This document shows, in pieces, positions 9,392-19,749 of a stretch of DNA of 64,000 bases. Numbering within the stretch: position 1 is the first letter of the stretch; the number at the start of each line of letters is the position of its first letter. This stretch comes from an uncultured Vicinamibacterales bacterium (GTDB lineage: Bacteria; Acidobacteriota; Vicinamibacteria; Vicinamibacterales; JAKQTR01), in the NCBI GenBank assembly GCA_964481395.1, contig CAYZYG010000003.1, positions 30,535 to 94,534 of the forward strand. Direction: 5' to 3'. Under the pieces are notes generated by a model, which was not told the origin of the DNA, ran no database searches, and was given only the letters and a program-made list of their open reading frames with translations. Both the position numbers and the translations under genes were made by a program.

Positions 9392-10282
9392 TCAGAACCG
9401 CCGCGGCGGCATGCCGGGCAGCAGCACGAAGACGTCGTGGTGGTCCTTGCGGATCTCGTCGATGAGTGCGGGAGCGCCGGTCTCGCGCGCGATCGACACA
9501 TGGGTCAAGGCCAGATGCGCCGGCCGCAGCACGTCCCGCAGGAACCGCCCGCCGTTGAAGTCGGTCGGAAACCAGGACTGCACCAGCGCGAGGTTCACCG
9601 GCAGGCCGCCCAACCCGGCCCGCTCGTATTCGTCGACATTCCCCGGTGAGTCCCCGTCGTGGAACACCCGCCATCCGTGCAGATCCACCAGGTACATCGC
9701 GTTGGGCGGCGTCTGACTGTGGCTGCTGCCGTGATTGGTCCTGAAGGCCGTGACGAAGACGTCACCCACCTTCCGTTCGACGCGTGCTCCTGCGGGGCCG
9801 TCGATCGTGACCACCCGCCGGGCGACGCGCGACCAGTCGGAGGCGGCCTCGCGCATCGCCGCGATCGCGTCGGGCGGCGCCACCAGCACCGCCTCGTGAC
9901 GATGCTCGAGGAAGCGCAAGGCCACGCGCGCATCGAAATGATCGGGGTGATTGTGCGTCACCAGCGCGAGTTTCACGTTGTCGAACGGTGGGACGCCGGC
10001 AACCATCTTGTCGATCGTCTCGGCGCTTGGCGCCCGATAGGCCGGATTGGGCCTGTCGAAGAGGGCGTCGATCAGGATCGTCGTGTCGCCGGCGCCCACC
10101 GCCACACCGCAGTTGGCGACGTAGTGCAGGGTCAGAGACGGCCTCGCGGCCATCGGCCGGGCCTGCCCGGCCCCGCCGCGCGGCGTTGCCGCGCCGGGCC
10201 CGGCACCGAAGAGCGTCTGGTTCGTGGCGGCACCAGCCAGAACGACGGCGCACAGCAGAACGCGGAACGGGGTGCGAGTCAT
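9392..10282 (-). CDS. Secreted MBL-fold metallo-hydrolase
   Basis: Signal peptide (MTRTPFRVLLCAVVLAGAATN) and metallo-beta-lactamase motif THNHPDHFD. Confidence 0.8.
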   Translation of the reverse strand: MTRTPFRVLLCAVVLAGAATNQTLFGAGPGAATPRGGAGQARPMAARPSLTLHYVANCGVAVGAGDTTILIDALFDRPNPAYRAPSAETIDKMVAGVPPFDNVKLALVTHNHPDHFDARVALRFLEHRHEAVLVAPPDAIAAMREAASDWSRVARRVVTIDGPAGARVERKVGDVFVTAFRTNHGSSHSQTPPNAMYLVDLHGWRVFHDGDSPGNVDEYERAGLGGLPVNLALVQSWFPTDFNGGRFLRDVLRPAHLALTHVSIARETGAPALIDEIRKDHHDVFVLLPGMPPRRF

Positions 10283-10538
10283 GTTTGCGCCCTCATTTTC
10301 GGCACCCTCGGCGGATCACATTCGGCTGCCGCCTGTGTCTCGCGCATGGTCGCCACGACACACCAGCGACCGTGCCTGCCTGCTGTCACGCGTCGCGTCT
10401 CTCCCCAGTGATTGGACACCAATCCACGGGCGTCGGGAGGCTGACGGCGAGACAGGCGATCCGACGCGCGGGGACGAGGTGCTCGCCGCCCATGTCGATG
10501 GTGCGTGCGCTGCTGCCCGCGGCAGGCGCTGGCCTCTT

Positions 10539-11018
10539 CTACGGTTCCGATGTACCCGTTCCACCGGCCATGGCTTCCATGCGTCGCTGCAGTTCGTCGG
10601 GCGGGACGTCCTCGACGTGCGTGGCGAGCGTCCACTGGTGTCCGAACGGGTCCACGAGCGTGCCCGCGCGGTCGCCGTAGAACTGGTTCCGCACCGGCTT
10701 CACCTCGGTGCACCCCGCGTCGATCGCCCGTGCGAACGCGGCGTCAACGTCAGGCACATACACCATGAAGCTGACCGCGTGACCCTGGCCTGGTTGTGGG
10801 GAGACCGCTCCCATCTGCGGAAACTCGTCGGCCAGCATGAATGGGGAATCTCCGATCCGCAATTCGGCGTGACCGATGCTGTTGCCCGGTCCTGTGAGCC
10901 GGAACAGCTCCTGCGCACCAAGGGCCCGTGCGTAGAACTCGAGGGCGTCCGCGGCGCCCTTGACGATCAGGTACGGCGTGAGGGTGTGGTATCCCTCCGG
11001 AATCGGCTGGACGGCCAT
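10539..11018 (-). CDS. VOC/glyoxalase-family protein (PhnB-like)
   Basis: Start trimmed to MAVQPIPEGYHTLTPYLIVKGAADALEFYARALGA. C-terminal pattern FYGDRAGTLVDPFGHQWTLATH is typical of PhnB-like VOC proteins. Confidence 0.8.
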   Translation of the reverse strand: MAVQPIPEGYHTLTPYLIVKGAADALEFYARALGAQELFRLTGPGNSIGHAELRIGDSPFMLADEFPQMGAVSPQPGQGHAVSFMVYVPDVDAAFARAIDAGCTEVKPVRNQFYGDRAGTLVDPFGHQWTLATHVEDVPPDELQRRMEAMAGGTGTSEP

Positions 11019-11188
11019 GGGGCTCTTCTGTCTCATGCGAATGTCGGATGCCCTCCCATGGTACACCCCGCGGGCTTACCGGGCCTCGAGAGCCCGGCTC
11101 GGTGCCGGTCGCGATGCGCGACGACGCCGGGGAAGGGCCGCCCAGGCAAGTGTGATCCGGGTGCCGGCGAGCCGTTTGCTCTTCGCCC

Positions 11189-12190
11189 TCAACGCGATCG
11201 CTTGATCGCGCCCTCGGGAGGGGCGTCCGTGGGAATGATCGTCACCGTCCGCTCCTTTCCGTCGGTCCCGCGCAGGGTCAGTTGCAGGGGCTGTCCTGCC
11301 CGAGCATTGCCGAACGCCCCGCCTCCCTTGGCGGAGGTGATCGGATGTCCGTCGACGGCCGTGATCTCGTCGCCCCTCTGGACGCCCGCGGTGTCGGCGG
11401 GGCCGCCGACCTCGACTCCCGTCACGCGGAGGGGCTTCGAGAACGTCCACGCGCGGCGCCCCTCCTTCATCGTGGCGGTGCACCCATCGCACGACCACCG
11501 GATGCCCAGGTGCGCGGCCAGAAACACCGCCTGGGGCCGGCTGAACCGCGAGCCTGCGCGGGGCACGGCGACCGCCACGCGGGGCTGGGGCAGGGCAATC
11601 GTGATCTCCTGCTGAGCCGGGTCGTCCATGTCGATCCGGACTCCGTCCCGCAGCTGCAGGGATTGCTCGACCGACGACCAGGTGAACGGGCTCGTGCTCA
11701 TCCCCTCCACGAACTGCCCGCAGCGAGGGCGCGCGCGAAGCACGACGTCGGCGGAGCGGCCGCGTCGCCGATACCGGAGCGTGACGTCCTGGTCGGGCTC
11801 GATGTCGGCCAGGCGTCGTCCCCCTTCGGCCGACGTGATGAGCATCCCGTCGATGCCGACGATTTGGTCGCCGACCCGCAGCACGCCATCGGCCGGGCTG
11901 CCCGGCGCGATCTCGGTGATCGTGGGTTCGATCGCGAACGACCACGCCGGCTGCCACCTGTCGGACACGCGTTTGATCGTGACCGAACAGGGCGGACAGT
12001 TCAGGCCGGTGATGCCCAGGTAGCCCGAGATCTCACCGGGGCAGGGCCGGTCCGCCGTCTTCTGGCCCGTCGCGACCTGCGGCGAAGCCCATGCCGCACC
12101 TGCGAGGGCGAACCAGGCCAGCAGAACCGGCCCGGCGAACGCTCGTGCTGTCGCCCGTTCACGGGTCTCGTGCGTTGTGGCGTCGCTCAT
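11189..12190 (-). CDS. Secreted protein with two PDZ domains
   Basis: Signal peptide. Two PDZ-like segments (GSPADGVLRVGDQIVGIDG; GGPADTAGVQRGDEITAVDGHPI). Last gene of the ECF sigma/anti-sigma operon. Confidence 0.7.
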   Translation of the reverse strand: MSDATTHETRERATARAFAGPVLLAWFALAGAAWASPQVATGQKTADRPCPGEISGYLGITGLNCPPCSVTIKRVSDRWQPAWSFAIEPTITEIAPGSPADGVLRVGDQIVGIDGMLITSAEGGRRLADIEPDQDVTLRYRRRGRSADVVLRARPRCGQFVEGMSTSPFTWSSVEQSLQLRDGVRIDMDDPAQQEITIALPQPRVAVAVPRAGSRFSRPQAVFLAAHLGIRWSCDGCTATMKEGRRAWTFSKPLRVTGVEVGGPADTAGVQRGDEITAVDGHPITSAKGGGAFGNARAGQPLQLTLRGTDGKERTVTIIPTDAPPEGAIKRSR

Positions 12191-12223
12191 GATCGAGCTC
12201 CCTCGCTGCGTCGTGCCCGGTCG

Positions 12224-12823
12224 TCAGTACAGCGTCGTCCTGTTGGATCCGCTGCGGCCAGCGGGCGCGAACTGCCGGTCTTCGAGAATTCTCAGAATCC
12301 GCTCCACGTCGGGATCGTCCGGTGCCAGGCGCGCCAGTTCGAGCGCCGCGGCGTACAGCGCGCCCATGGCGGACTCGCCGCCCTGTCTGATCTCGACCGC
12401 GAGTCGTGCGGGCGGCACGGCGGTGACGCCGCCGGTGCCCGACGCGGCGCGCAGCCGCGCGAGGGCCTCGATCGCGCGCACGTACGCGGAGCCGGCCTCC
12501 TGCACCCGTTGCGCCACCAGCGCGTCGTCCTGCTGGCGCGCCGCCACCAGGATCCGTTCGGCGCTTCGCGTTCCCGCCCAGTGCCCGACCAGCAGCCCTG
12601 ATCCGAACAGGACGAGGGATGCGGCCACCGAGGCCGCGGCCACGAACCACGTTCGCGACACGCCGCGGCCCGGAGCGGCCGAGCTTCCGGGGCTGCGCAG
12701 CACGCCCTCCCGGCGCAGGGTGCGGACGATGCGCTCCTGCAGGAGCTCGGAGGGCTGCGCTTCTCTGGGCAGTTCGGCGAACGCCATCTTCTCCTCCGAC
12801 GTCAGCTCGGTATCGTCGTCCAT
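12224..12823 (-). CDS. Putative membrane-anchored anti-sigma factor
   Basis: Position 52 nt downstream of an ECF sigma gene. Short cytoplasmic N-terminus, single TM helix (WFVAAASVAASLVLFGSGLLVGHW), helical periplasmic domain. Call is by context only. Confidence 0.5.
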   Translation of the reverse strand: MDDDTELTSEEKMAFAELPREAQPSELLQERIVRTLRREGVLRSPGSSAAPGRGVSRTWFVAAASVAASLVLFGSGLLVGHWAGTRSAERILVAARQQDDALVAQRVQEAGSAYVRAIEALARLRAASGTGGVTAVPPARLAVEIRQGGESAMGALYAAALELARLAPDDPDVERILRILEDRQFAPAGRSGSNRTTLY

Positions 12824-12875
12824 GCGCGTTCTCCTCGCCTGCGAACGGGGGCGGCCGCACTCCAGGCGGCGCCGT

Positions 12876-13424
12876 TCATGCCGTCTGCGGTCTCGCGTCG
12901 AGCAGCCGGCGCATCGCCCGCCGGGCGTCGTGCAGCTGGCTCTTGCAGGTGCCGTCGCTGATGCCCAGCCGCTCCCCGATCTCCCGATGGGTGAACCCCT
13001 CCACGTCGTGGAGCACGAGCACGGTCCGGAACCCCGGCGGCAGCAGCTCGAGGGCCCGCTCGAGATCCACCCGGCGTCCCGGGTCCGCCGTCTCTGCCGC
13101 CGCCGTCCGCTCGAGCCATTCGCCGTCGATGGTGGAGATGCGGCGGCCTTTTCTGCGCGCCAGCTCGCGGAACTGGTTGAGGGCGATTCCCGAGAGCCAG
13201 GTCCGCAGGCTCGACTGCCACTCGAAGTGCTGGAGCCCGCGCGCGGCCCTGAGCCAGGCTTCCTGCATCACATCTTCCGCTTCCGCCGCGTCGCCGCCGG
13301 TCAGCCGCAGGACGAACCGGTAGACCGTGGGGGTATGGCGGCGGTAGAGGGCCCGAAACGCGGTCTCGTCGCCGTGGGCTACGACCCTGTCGGCCAATTC
13401 CCGGTCTGAGAGGGCGTCTGTCAT
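12876..13424 (-). CDS. ECF-type RNA polymerase sigma-70 factor
   Basis: Start trimmed to MTDALSDRELADRV. Region 2 (FRALYRRHTPTVYRFVLRLTG...AEDVMQEAWLRA) and region 4 (FRTVLVLHDVEGFTHREIGERLGISDGTCKSQLHDARRAMR). Confidence 0.85.
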   Translation of the reverse strand: MTDALSDRELADRVVAHGDETAFRALYRRHTPTVYRFVLRLTGGDAAEAEDVMQEAWLRAARGLQHFEWQSSLRTWLSGIALNQFRELARRKGRRISTIDGEWLERTAAAETADPGRRVDLERALELLPPGFRTVLVLHDVEGFTHREIGERLGISDGTCKSQLHDARRAMRRLLDARPQTA

Positions 13425-13534
13425 GGCGTGCGACGCTTCTCCAAGGTTGCTGTCAGAAACCGTCAGGCCTTGCATCCCGTATGTGGCCGGCGCAAGCCAG
13501 AAGGTTGGCTGGGGCTGGAAACGCCGCGGCTGAC

Positions 13535-14776
13535 TCAGTTCAGCGCCCAGAAGGCGAGCGTCGTCGCGTCCTTGATGAGCACGCCGCCCCGGACCAGCAC
13601 CGGGTGGGCCCAGGTCTGGCTGTCGGCCACCTTGTAGGTCCGCACGGCGTCGAGCCCGCTGGCGGATGCTGCTGACACGATCAGATCCGCATCGCTGGTC
13701 AGACTCACCATGAATCCGCCGGCCAGCAGCATGGCGGCGTTGTCGCCGCGCCCGCCCTCGTCCGTCCAGAGCGTCTTGCCGGATGCGGCGTCGAGGCAGA
13801 AGAACTGGCCGCGCCTCTTGTGCGACAGCCCGAAGACGAGGTTGCCGGCGAGGACGGGCGAGTTCATGTACATGCCCACGTCGGTGTTCTTCCAGACCGG
13901 CTCGGCCGTCCACCGATCACCCTGCCTGACGGGGCGAACCGCCATGACGCCGTTGTCGAGCCCGGAGAAGAGGAGCAGGTCCTTGAAGGCCACGGGCGTC
14001 ACGATGTTCTGGACGTACGGCGTGGCGAACGGCAGGCTCCACAGGAGCGCGCCGGTGTCGGCGGCCACCGAGACGATCTTCGACTGCGACTGCGTCACGA
14101 TCTGGCGGGTTCCCGCGAGGTCGACGGCAATCGGCGACGCGTAGCCGGGCCCATCGCCGCTCCACCGCCACCTGACCTCACCCGAGCCGGCATCGAGGGC
14201 CACCAGCGCGCCCTGGCCCGATGTTCCCACGTGGACGACGAGCAGGCCGCGATCGACCAGCGGCGACATCGCCGTGCCGAAGTCGGGCGACGTCTTCGCG
14301 TACTCCGTCGTGAAGTCCTTCTGCCAGACGAGCTTGCCCGTGGCCACCTCGTAGCAGGACAGGATCTCCGTGATCCCGAAGGTGTACACGCGGCCGTTGG
14401 CGACGACCGGCGTGGACTTGGGACCTTTGCCGTGGGCCCTCGCGACCGGGTTCATCGAGTAGGGTGCCTCGTACGCGTGCTGCCAGACGATGCGGCCGCT
14501 TTCCAGGTCAACGGCCGTGACGACCTCGCGTTCCTCCTGCCGCGTGTGGACGATGACGTGCCGTCCCGTCACGACAGGCGAGGCATGTCCGGCGCCGACG
14601 GCCAGTTTCCACCCTGGCTTCAAGGCTGCGGGCCACGAGGACGGCCGGGTCTCGGGCGGCACGACGCCGTCGCGATTCGGGCCCCGCCACTGGGGCCAGT
14701 CCTGGGCTGCGGGCCCTCCTGCGGCCAGCGCGGAGGAGGCGAGCGCGAGCAGCACGGCGACGATCGACCTTCTCAT
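13535..14776 (-). CDS. Secreted PQQ-like beta-propeller repeat protein (BamB-like fold)
   Basis: Start trimmed to MRRSIVAVLLALASSALAAGGPAAQDWPQWRGPNRDG, the typical start of PQQ-like repeat proteins. Repeated G-x-VxW/VY blades. The upstream 400 aa of ORF 13535..16003 is antisense to the gene at 15098..16036 and Arg/Pro-rich. Confidence 0.8.
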   Translation of the reverse strand: MRRSIVAVLLALASSALAAGGPAAQDWPQWRGPNRDGVVPPETRPSSWPAALKPGWKLAVGAGHASPVVTGRHVIVHTRQEEREVVTAVDLESGRIVWQHAYEAPYSMNPVARAHGKGPKSTPVVANGRVYTFGITEILSCYEVATGKLVWQKDFTTEYAKTSPDFGTAMSPLVDRGLLVVHVGTSGQGALVALDAGSGEVRWRWSGDGPGYASPIAVDLAGTRQIVTQSQSKIVSVAADTGALLWSLPFATPYVQNIVTPVAFKDLLLFSGLDNGVMAVRPVRQGDRWTAEPVWKNTDVGMYMNSPVLAGNLVFGLSHKRRGQFFCLDAASGKTLWTDEGGRGDNAAMLLAGGFMVSLTSDADLIVSAASASGLDAVRTYKVADSQTWAHPVLVRGGVLIKDATTLAFWALN

Positions 14777-15097
14777 GGTGTCTCCTTTCGGGGTACCGGC
14801 CGTGCGCCTGCCCCGAGGTCTGCAGCCGCGCCGGGGGCGGGATCGCGGTCGACGGGACGGATCATCTGCTGAGACGGAGCCCGGAGTCGCCGGGTTTCGC
14901 GCCGACACCCCGCGGGGCCTGCCCGAGTCACGGTTGCGGCAGCCCTGCCCGGCACCGTGGCGAGGGAGAGCGCGGCGGCCAGGCCGTTCCGCCGCCCGGG
15001 ACCGAATCAACTCCGAAGGGGTTCGTAACCCCGGGGGCCGGTCGTCGGTGTCCAATAAATCATCGGCTGGTACGCGGGCCGGTGTGGAGGTGCCGCG

Positions 15098-16036
15098 ATG
15101 CACGACTGGCTCGTCGGGATGGTGATGGCGGCGACGACCGTGGCGACGCTGGCGCCGGCGGCGGAGACGACGGCGCTTCGGGAACTGCAGAAGCCCCACC
15201 AGATTGCCGTCGAGGGAGATCGCGTGTACGTCTTCGACGAAGCCGACTACTCGCTGCACGGCTACTCGACGGCACCTGTCGCTCCGGTCGTGACCTTCGG
15301 CCGCAAAGGGGACGGCCCGCACGACTTCAAGCACCTCCCGTTCGTCTTCGTCCAGCCCGACGCGCTGGTGTGCACGGACTTCACGAAGATCATCTGGTTC
15401 TCCAAGAACGGTGAGGTCCGGCGGGCCATGCCCTTCGCCGGGCTGAAGGATTTCGATCTCAACTCCGAGATGCTCCTCGTGCCGATCGGAGATCGGTTCC
15501 TTCGCATCACGGGAGATCACGGAAAGCTCAAGCGGTTCGTGGACCTGCTGGACTCGAGGTTCGAGTTCCTCAAGACGCTCTACGAGGGACCCTTCGTCTG
15601 GATGCAGGGCTCGCGAACGGACTTCCGGACCGACACGGTCGTGTCCGGGGGGCTGGCGTTCGTGGCGGACACGTTCAGGGGGTTCTACGTCAGCGTGTTC
15701 GACGGCGACGGCACGCTGCTCCGGACCATCGATCGAACGGCGGACGTGGACGAGATTCCAGACCGCGCGCCGCTTCACCAGTTCTCCGTGTCGGACAATC
15801 GGATCTACGCCACGACGTACAAGAAGGTCGAGGGGAGGACGGAGATGCTCGTCCTCGACCTCGAAGGCCGCATTCTGCAGCGGCTCTACCTGCCGCTGAC
15901 CTCGATCCGTCCGGGGAGAGGCGTGCTGCGCCAGGATCTGTTCACGGTGAGCCAGGGGAAGCTCTACGAACTGGTTCAGGACGCCGGGACCGGGATCTGG
16001 CAACTCCTGGTCACCGACCTGGCCGCCGTGAGGTGA
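15098..16036 (+). CDS. Hypothetical 6-bladed beta-propeller-like protein (DUF5128/NHL-like)
   Basis: 312 aa with normal amino-acid composition (K, F, Y, D rich for this genome). Motif FGRKGDGPHDF resembles the G-x-GPGEF blade motif. Hydrophobic N-terminus. Confidence 0.55.
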   Translation: MHDWLVGMVMAATTVATLAPAAETTALRELQKPHQIAVEGDRVYVFDEADYSLHGYSTAPVAPVVTFGRKGDGPHDFKHLPFVFVQPDALVCTDFTKIIWFSKNGEVRRAMPFAGLKDFDLNSEMLLVPIGDRFLRITGDHGKLKRFVDLLDSRFEFLKTLYEGPFVWMQGSRTDFRTDTVVSGGLAFVADTFRGFYVSVFDGDGTLLRTIDRTADVDEIPDRAPLHQFSVSDNRIYATTYKKVEGRTEMLVLDLEGRILQRLYLPLTSIRPGRGVLRQDLFTVSQGKLYELVQDAGTGIWQLLVTDLAAVR

Positions 16037-16616
16037 CTCCGGCCGGCTCGGGGGACGGTGATGCGAAGGGCCTCGCTGTCGGCGCGAAGCTGCGCACCCC
16101 GAAGCTCGATGCGCAGGCCTGGGGCGGTCACCGTCACCGTCTCGTCGCCGCGCGCGACGTGCGGCGCTTCTGCGAGGCCGACGACGGTGACACGCCGGAT
16201 GCCATCAGCCAGAGGATGGCGTCCCGCTGCAACGGTCAGCACGACCGTACCGGCGAACGCGTTGCGGGTGAACCCGGGATTGGTGAGCGCCACGGAGCCA
16301 CGGGCCCCCGCCAGGGTGATGAAGTTGGCCTGAACGACCTCGCCATCGTCGAGCACGAAGAGGTTGATGGGGTCGAAGCGCTCGATCTGGAGCGGGTCGG
16401 CGCCTTCCTCCACCTCGAGAATCACGCGGGCACCCGGCCGGGCGAGCATGTCCTTACGCAGCTGCCGCCGGCGACGCCTCGGGCGCCAGCCTCATCGAGG
16501 GCGCGCACGTACGCGAAGACGTCGTGCTGAGCTCGAGCGGGCGGCGTCTGAGCGGCAGCGGGCGCCGCCAGAGCCATCATCGCCGGAAGGAGCCGCGAGA
16601 GCCGCGCGGTGCGCAT
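15976..16616 (-). pseudogene. Secreted hypothetical protein split over two frames (frameshift near 16455-16480) or assembly error
   Basis: A signal-peptide ORF (MRTARLSRLLPAMMALAAPAAAQ..., from 16616) ends at 16422. A body ORF (16449..15976) lies in another frame and overlaps it. The 3' end overlaps the convergent gene 15098..16036 by 60 nt. Confidence 0.35.
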
Positions 16617-16719
16617 CGTGCGAAGGCCCCGAGCCGAGGGTGGTCTGACGTGCCGGTGGGGCACGGGCCCCGGCGCGATGCCCGAGCCCGTGCCGCCGGT
16701 GTTCAGCCAGCCGTGCGGG

Positions 16720-19700
16720 CTACCACGTCGCGCGGACGCCGAACCGGAGAATCCTCGGGGCCACGATGCCCGAGATGTTGTTCGCCGTTGCCGAGTTCTG
16801 CTGGAGCCGGCGGGCGAGAATCGTGTTGGCGTTCAGCGCGTTGAAGATGTCGACGCTCGGGATGAGCGTCACACGGCCGAGCCGGAACGACTTGTCCGCC
16901 TTGAGATCCAGGGTGTGCAGGCTCGGCAGCCGCGCGTCGCCGAAGCTGTCGAGGTAGATGCGGACCGTGCCCGCCCGGTTGGCGCGTGACGGCGACAGGA
17001 TGTACTGGGGCATCAGATAGCCCTGCCGCGCGTTGTAGAAGGCGCCGACGTTGATGGCCCAGGGGAACGTGTACATCCCGCTGACCTTGGCCATCCACTT
17101 GGCGTTGATGAACACGTTGTCGATGCCGCTGCCGCCCGCCTCGATGGCGTACTGGGCGCTCGTCCAGGCCCGCACGGTCGTCGGATCGACCTTGTCGGGA
17201 TTCCGCGACTGATCCGCGTTGCCGCCGTCGAACCCGTCGGGCGAATCGTAGCGATCGACCGCGTCGTTGTAGGCGAAGCTGGCCGTGAGCATCCAGCCGT
17301 CGGCGTACCGCTTGCGCGCGGTCAGCTCGATGCCGTTGAACGTGCGGTTGTAGCCCTCCCGGTTGGTGTAGACGTAGGCCGCGGGAATCGGGATGGTCGG
17401 TTCGAGGTACGTGACCGTGCTGCACCGCGCTCCCGCCTGCGGGCACGATGCGGCGGTCGGCGTGAACGACCGCTCGACGTAGTCCTGGCTGCCGAAGTCC
17501 AGCGTGTCGTTCCACTGGAACTGATCGTATTTCCGGTAGATGTAGCTGGCGCCCACGCCGAGGCCGGCGAGGATTTCGTGGTCGACGCCGACGATGAACT
17601 CCTGCGTGCGGTCGTTCTCGAGGTGCGGGTCGACCGTTCCGACCGTGGTGAGCTGGGCCGGGTTGTCGGGGTTGTAGTTGCCGCTGAAGGTCAGGATCCG
17701 GGAGTAGTCCAACTCGCCCGCCTGGACGATGCCGTCGCGGTTCGCGTCGGACCAGGGGAAGCGGATGCTCGCGGCGGTCACCGGGTTCAGCGGCGCGACG
17801 GCCTGACTCGGCGACCGCTGCCCGAAGTAGATCGCCCACGAGGCGCTGGCCACGGTGCGGCCGGTGCCGAGTACGTCGTAGGTGAGACCGAGACGCGGCG
17901 ACCAGTCGTTCCACACGACCCCGCCGTCGGCCCCATCGAAGGTGACGGCCGGCAGCCACTGCGGCGCGAAGGGGTGCGCGGGCACCGACGATTCGAGCGC
18001 GCGGTTCCACTGCCGATCCCACCGCAGGCCGGCCTTGACGGTCATCCGGTCGCGGGTGAACGTGTCCTGGACGTACGCCGCCAGGGTCTTCAGCTCGTAG
18101 TCGGTGACCGAGTCTCGCCACAGATCGGCGGCCTCCGCCCTGGTGAACGGCTCGCCAGCCGGACTGTTGAAGCGGGCTTCGGTGTTTCCGCCGACGTGGG
18201 TCTCCGAGTGCTCCTTCGCCGATCGGTAGCGGAACCCGGCCTTGAGCGCGTGATCCCCGCCAGCCGTTGCCGGGAGGAAGTAGTTCAGCGTGGCATCGAA
18301 GCTCGTCGTCGGGCGGATGTACGGGCCGTTGCGCGAGAACGAGGCCGCGTACGTGCCCGTCGGCACCTCCAGCTTGCGCTGCACGTCATTCAGCGCGTCT
18401 TCGTGGAAGTCGAGAATGAAGTTGTTCCCGAGGTGCGACCACGCCACGTCGAGCAGCAGGCGGTCGTTGAAGATGTGCTGGTCGGCGGCCTTCCACAGGG
18501 GGTTCGCCCCGACATCCCAGCCGGGGGTGCCGTACTTCGACGGGACGGCGCCCTGGCGCCACGTCGTCTCGATCGGACGGGTGTCCGACGCGTTGCGGGC
18601 GTTCTTGGACTTGGCCGCCCAGGTGTTCTGGAACGAGAACTTGTTGGCGGCTGACGCGGCCCAGCTCACCTTGTAGTTGTAGTTGTCGAGGAGCGTGCCG
18701 TCACTGCCCAGGCACTTGCGGACGTCCTTCGTCGGGATCTGGGCCAGCGGATCGGCCGCGAGCTCCGCCCTGATGGCCTGGCACGCCGCATCCGCGTTGT
18801 AGAAGCCGACGATGCCCGCCGCGATGTCCTGCTTGCCGTAGCTGCCCCAGAACCAGAGCTTCTGCCGCAGGATCGGCCCGCCGACCTCGAAGCCGTAGTC
18901 GTAGATGTGCTTGATGGGCGCGCCGGAGCCGGCTCGCTGCCGCTTCATCTCGTCGGTCACGTTGTCGGCCTGGAACCTCTCGTGCGTCAGGTAGTAGCGG
19001 CCGGAGCCCCGGAACTGGTCGCCTCCGCTGCGGGTGACCATGTTGACGCCGACCCCGCCCGTCTGCTGCGAGGCGTCGGCGCCGCCGGTGACGACCTGCA
19101 TCTCCTCGAGCATGTCGAAGTCGTAGTAGATCGGCGACGATCCGGTAGCCGACATGTCGGTGATGTCGACGCCGTCAATCGTCCATTTGTTGTTGCCCGT
19201 GGAGGCGCCCCGCGAGATGTAGCCGGACTGCTGGCCCGACTGCGATCCGCCCACGTTGGTCCGGTCCATCGCGATGCCCGGCGTCTGCTCGAGAATCACC
19301 CACGGGTCGCGCGCGGTGGGCAGCGTCTGCAGCAGCTCCCGGTTGAAGGTGGATTGCGTGCCAGTCTCACTGGTATCGACCACGGCCGCCTGACCGCTCA
19401 CCGTGACGGTTTCCTGGACCGAGGAGATCTGCAGGACCTGGTTGATGTCGACGGCGCTGTTGATCGAGACGCGTACCCCCTCGCGCACGACGGTCGCGAA
19501 CCCGGTGAGCTCGAAGGTCAGCGTGTAGAGGCCCACCTCGAGCCTCGGAAAGACGAACGTACCGGTCTCCGACGACACGGCGGTGAGCTGGGCGGTCGGG
19601 CCCCTGAGCGTCACGGTGACGCCAGGCAGCACGCCGCCCTGGCTGTCGACGACCTTGCCGGAAATGTCGCCGGTTTGCTGGGCGACGGCCGGCGCAACGC

Positions 19701-19749
19701 CCACGGCGACCAGCAGGGCCGCGAGCCAGATGGCGCGCACGGTTCTCAT
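16720..19749 (-). CDS. TonB-dependent receptor with N-terminal carboxypeptidase-regulatory-like domain
   Basis: Start trimmed to MRTVRAIWLAALLVAVGVAPAVAQ with AGGAGG 6 nt upstream. CarboxypepD_reg segment (GDISGKVVDSQGGVLPGVTVTLRG...), plug region (NKWTIDGVDITD), beta-barrel ending in an aromatic residue (...RFGVRATW). Confidence 0.85.
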   Translation of the reverse strand: MRTVRAIWLAALLVAVGVAPAVAQQTGDISGKVVDSQGGVLPGVTVTLRGPTAQLTAVSSETGTFVFPRLEVGLYTLTFELTGFATVVREGVRVSINSAVDINQVLQISSVQETVTVSGQAAVVDTSETGTQSTFNRELLQTLPTARDPWVILEQTPGIAMDRTNVGGSQSGQQSGYISRGASTGNNKWTIDGVDITDMSATGSSPIYYDFDMLEEMQVVTGGADASQQTGGVGVNMVTRSGGDQFRGSGRYYLTHERFQADNVTDEMKRQRAGSGAPIKHIYDYGFEVGGPILRQKLWFWGSYGKQDIAAGIVGFYNADAACQAIRAELAADPLAQIPTKDVRKCLGSDGTLLDNYNYKVSWAASAANKFSFQNTWAAKSKNARNASDTRPIETTWRQGAVPSKYGTPGWDVGANPLWKAADQHIFNDRLLLDVAWSHLGNNFILDFHEDALNDVQRKLEVPTGTYAASFSRNGPYIRPTTSFDATLNYFLPATAGGDHALKAGFRYRSAKEHSETHVGGNTEARFNSPAGEPFTRAEAADLWRDSVTDYELKTLAAYVQDTFTRDRMTVKAGLRWDRQWNRALESSVPAHPFAPQWLPAVTFDGADGGVVWNDWSPRLGLTYDVLGTGRTVASASWAIYFGQRSPSQAVAPLNPVTAASIRFPWSDANRDGIVQAGELDYSRILTFSGNYNPDNPAQLTTVGTVDPHLENDRTQEFIVGVDHEILAGLGVGASYIYRKYDQFQWNDTLDFGSQDYVERSFTPTAASCPQAGARCSTVTYLEPTIPIPAAYVYTNREGYNRTFNGIELTARKRYADGWMLTASFAYNDAVDRYDSPDGFDGGNADQSRNPDKVDPTTVRAWTSAQYAIEAGGSGIDNVFINAKWMAKVSGMYTFPWAINVGAFYNARQGYLMPQYILSPSRANRAGTVRIYLDSFGDARLPSLHTLDLKADKSFRLGRVTLIPSVDIFNALNANTILARRLQQNSATANNISGIVAPRILRFGVRATW

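Noticed and set aside
14777-16003. N-terminal 400-aa extension of ORF 13535..16003
   Set aside because: The PQQ-repeat protein has a proper signal peptide starting at 14776. The extension is Arg/Pro-rich and antisense to the convincing gene 15098..16036.
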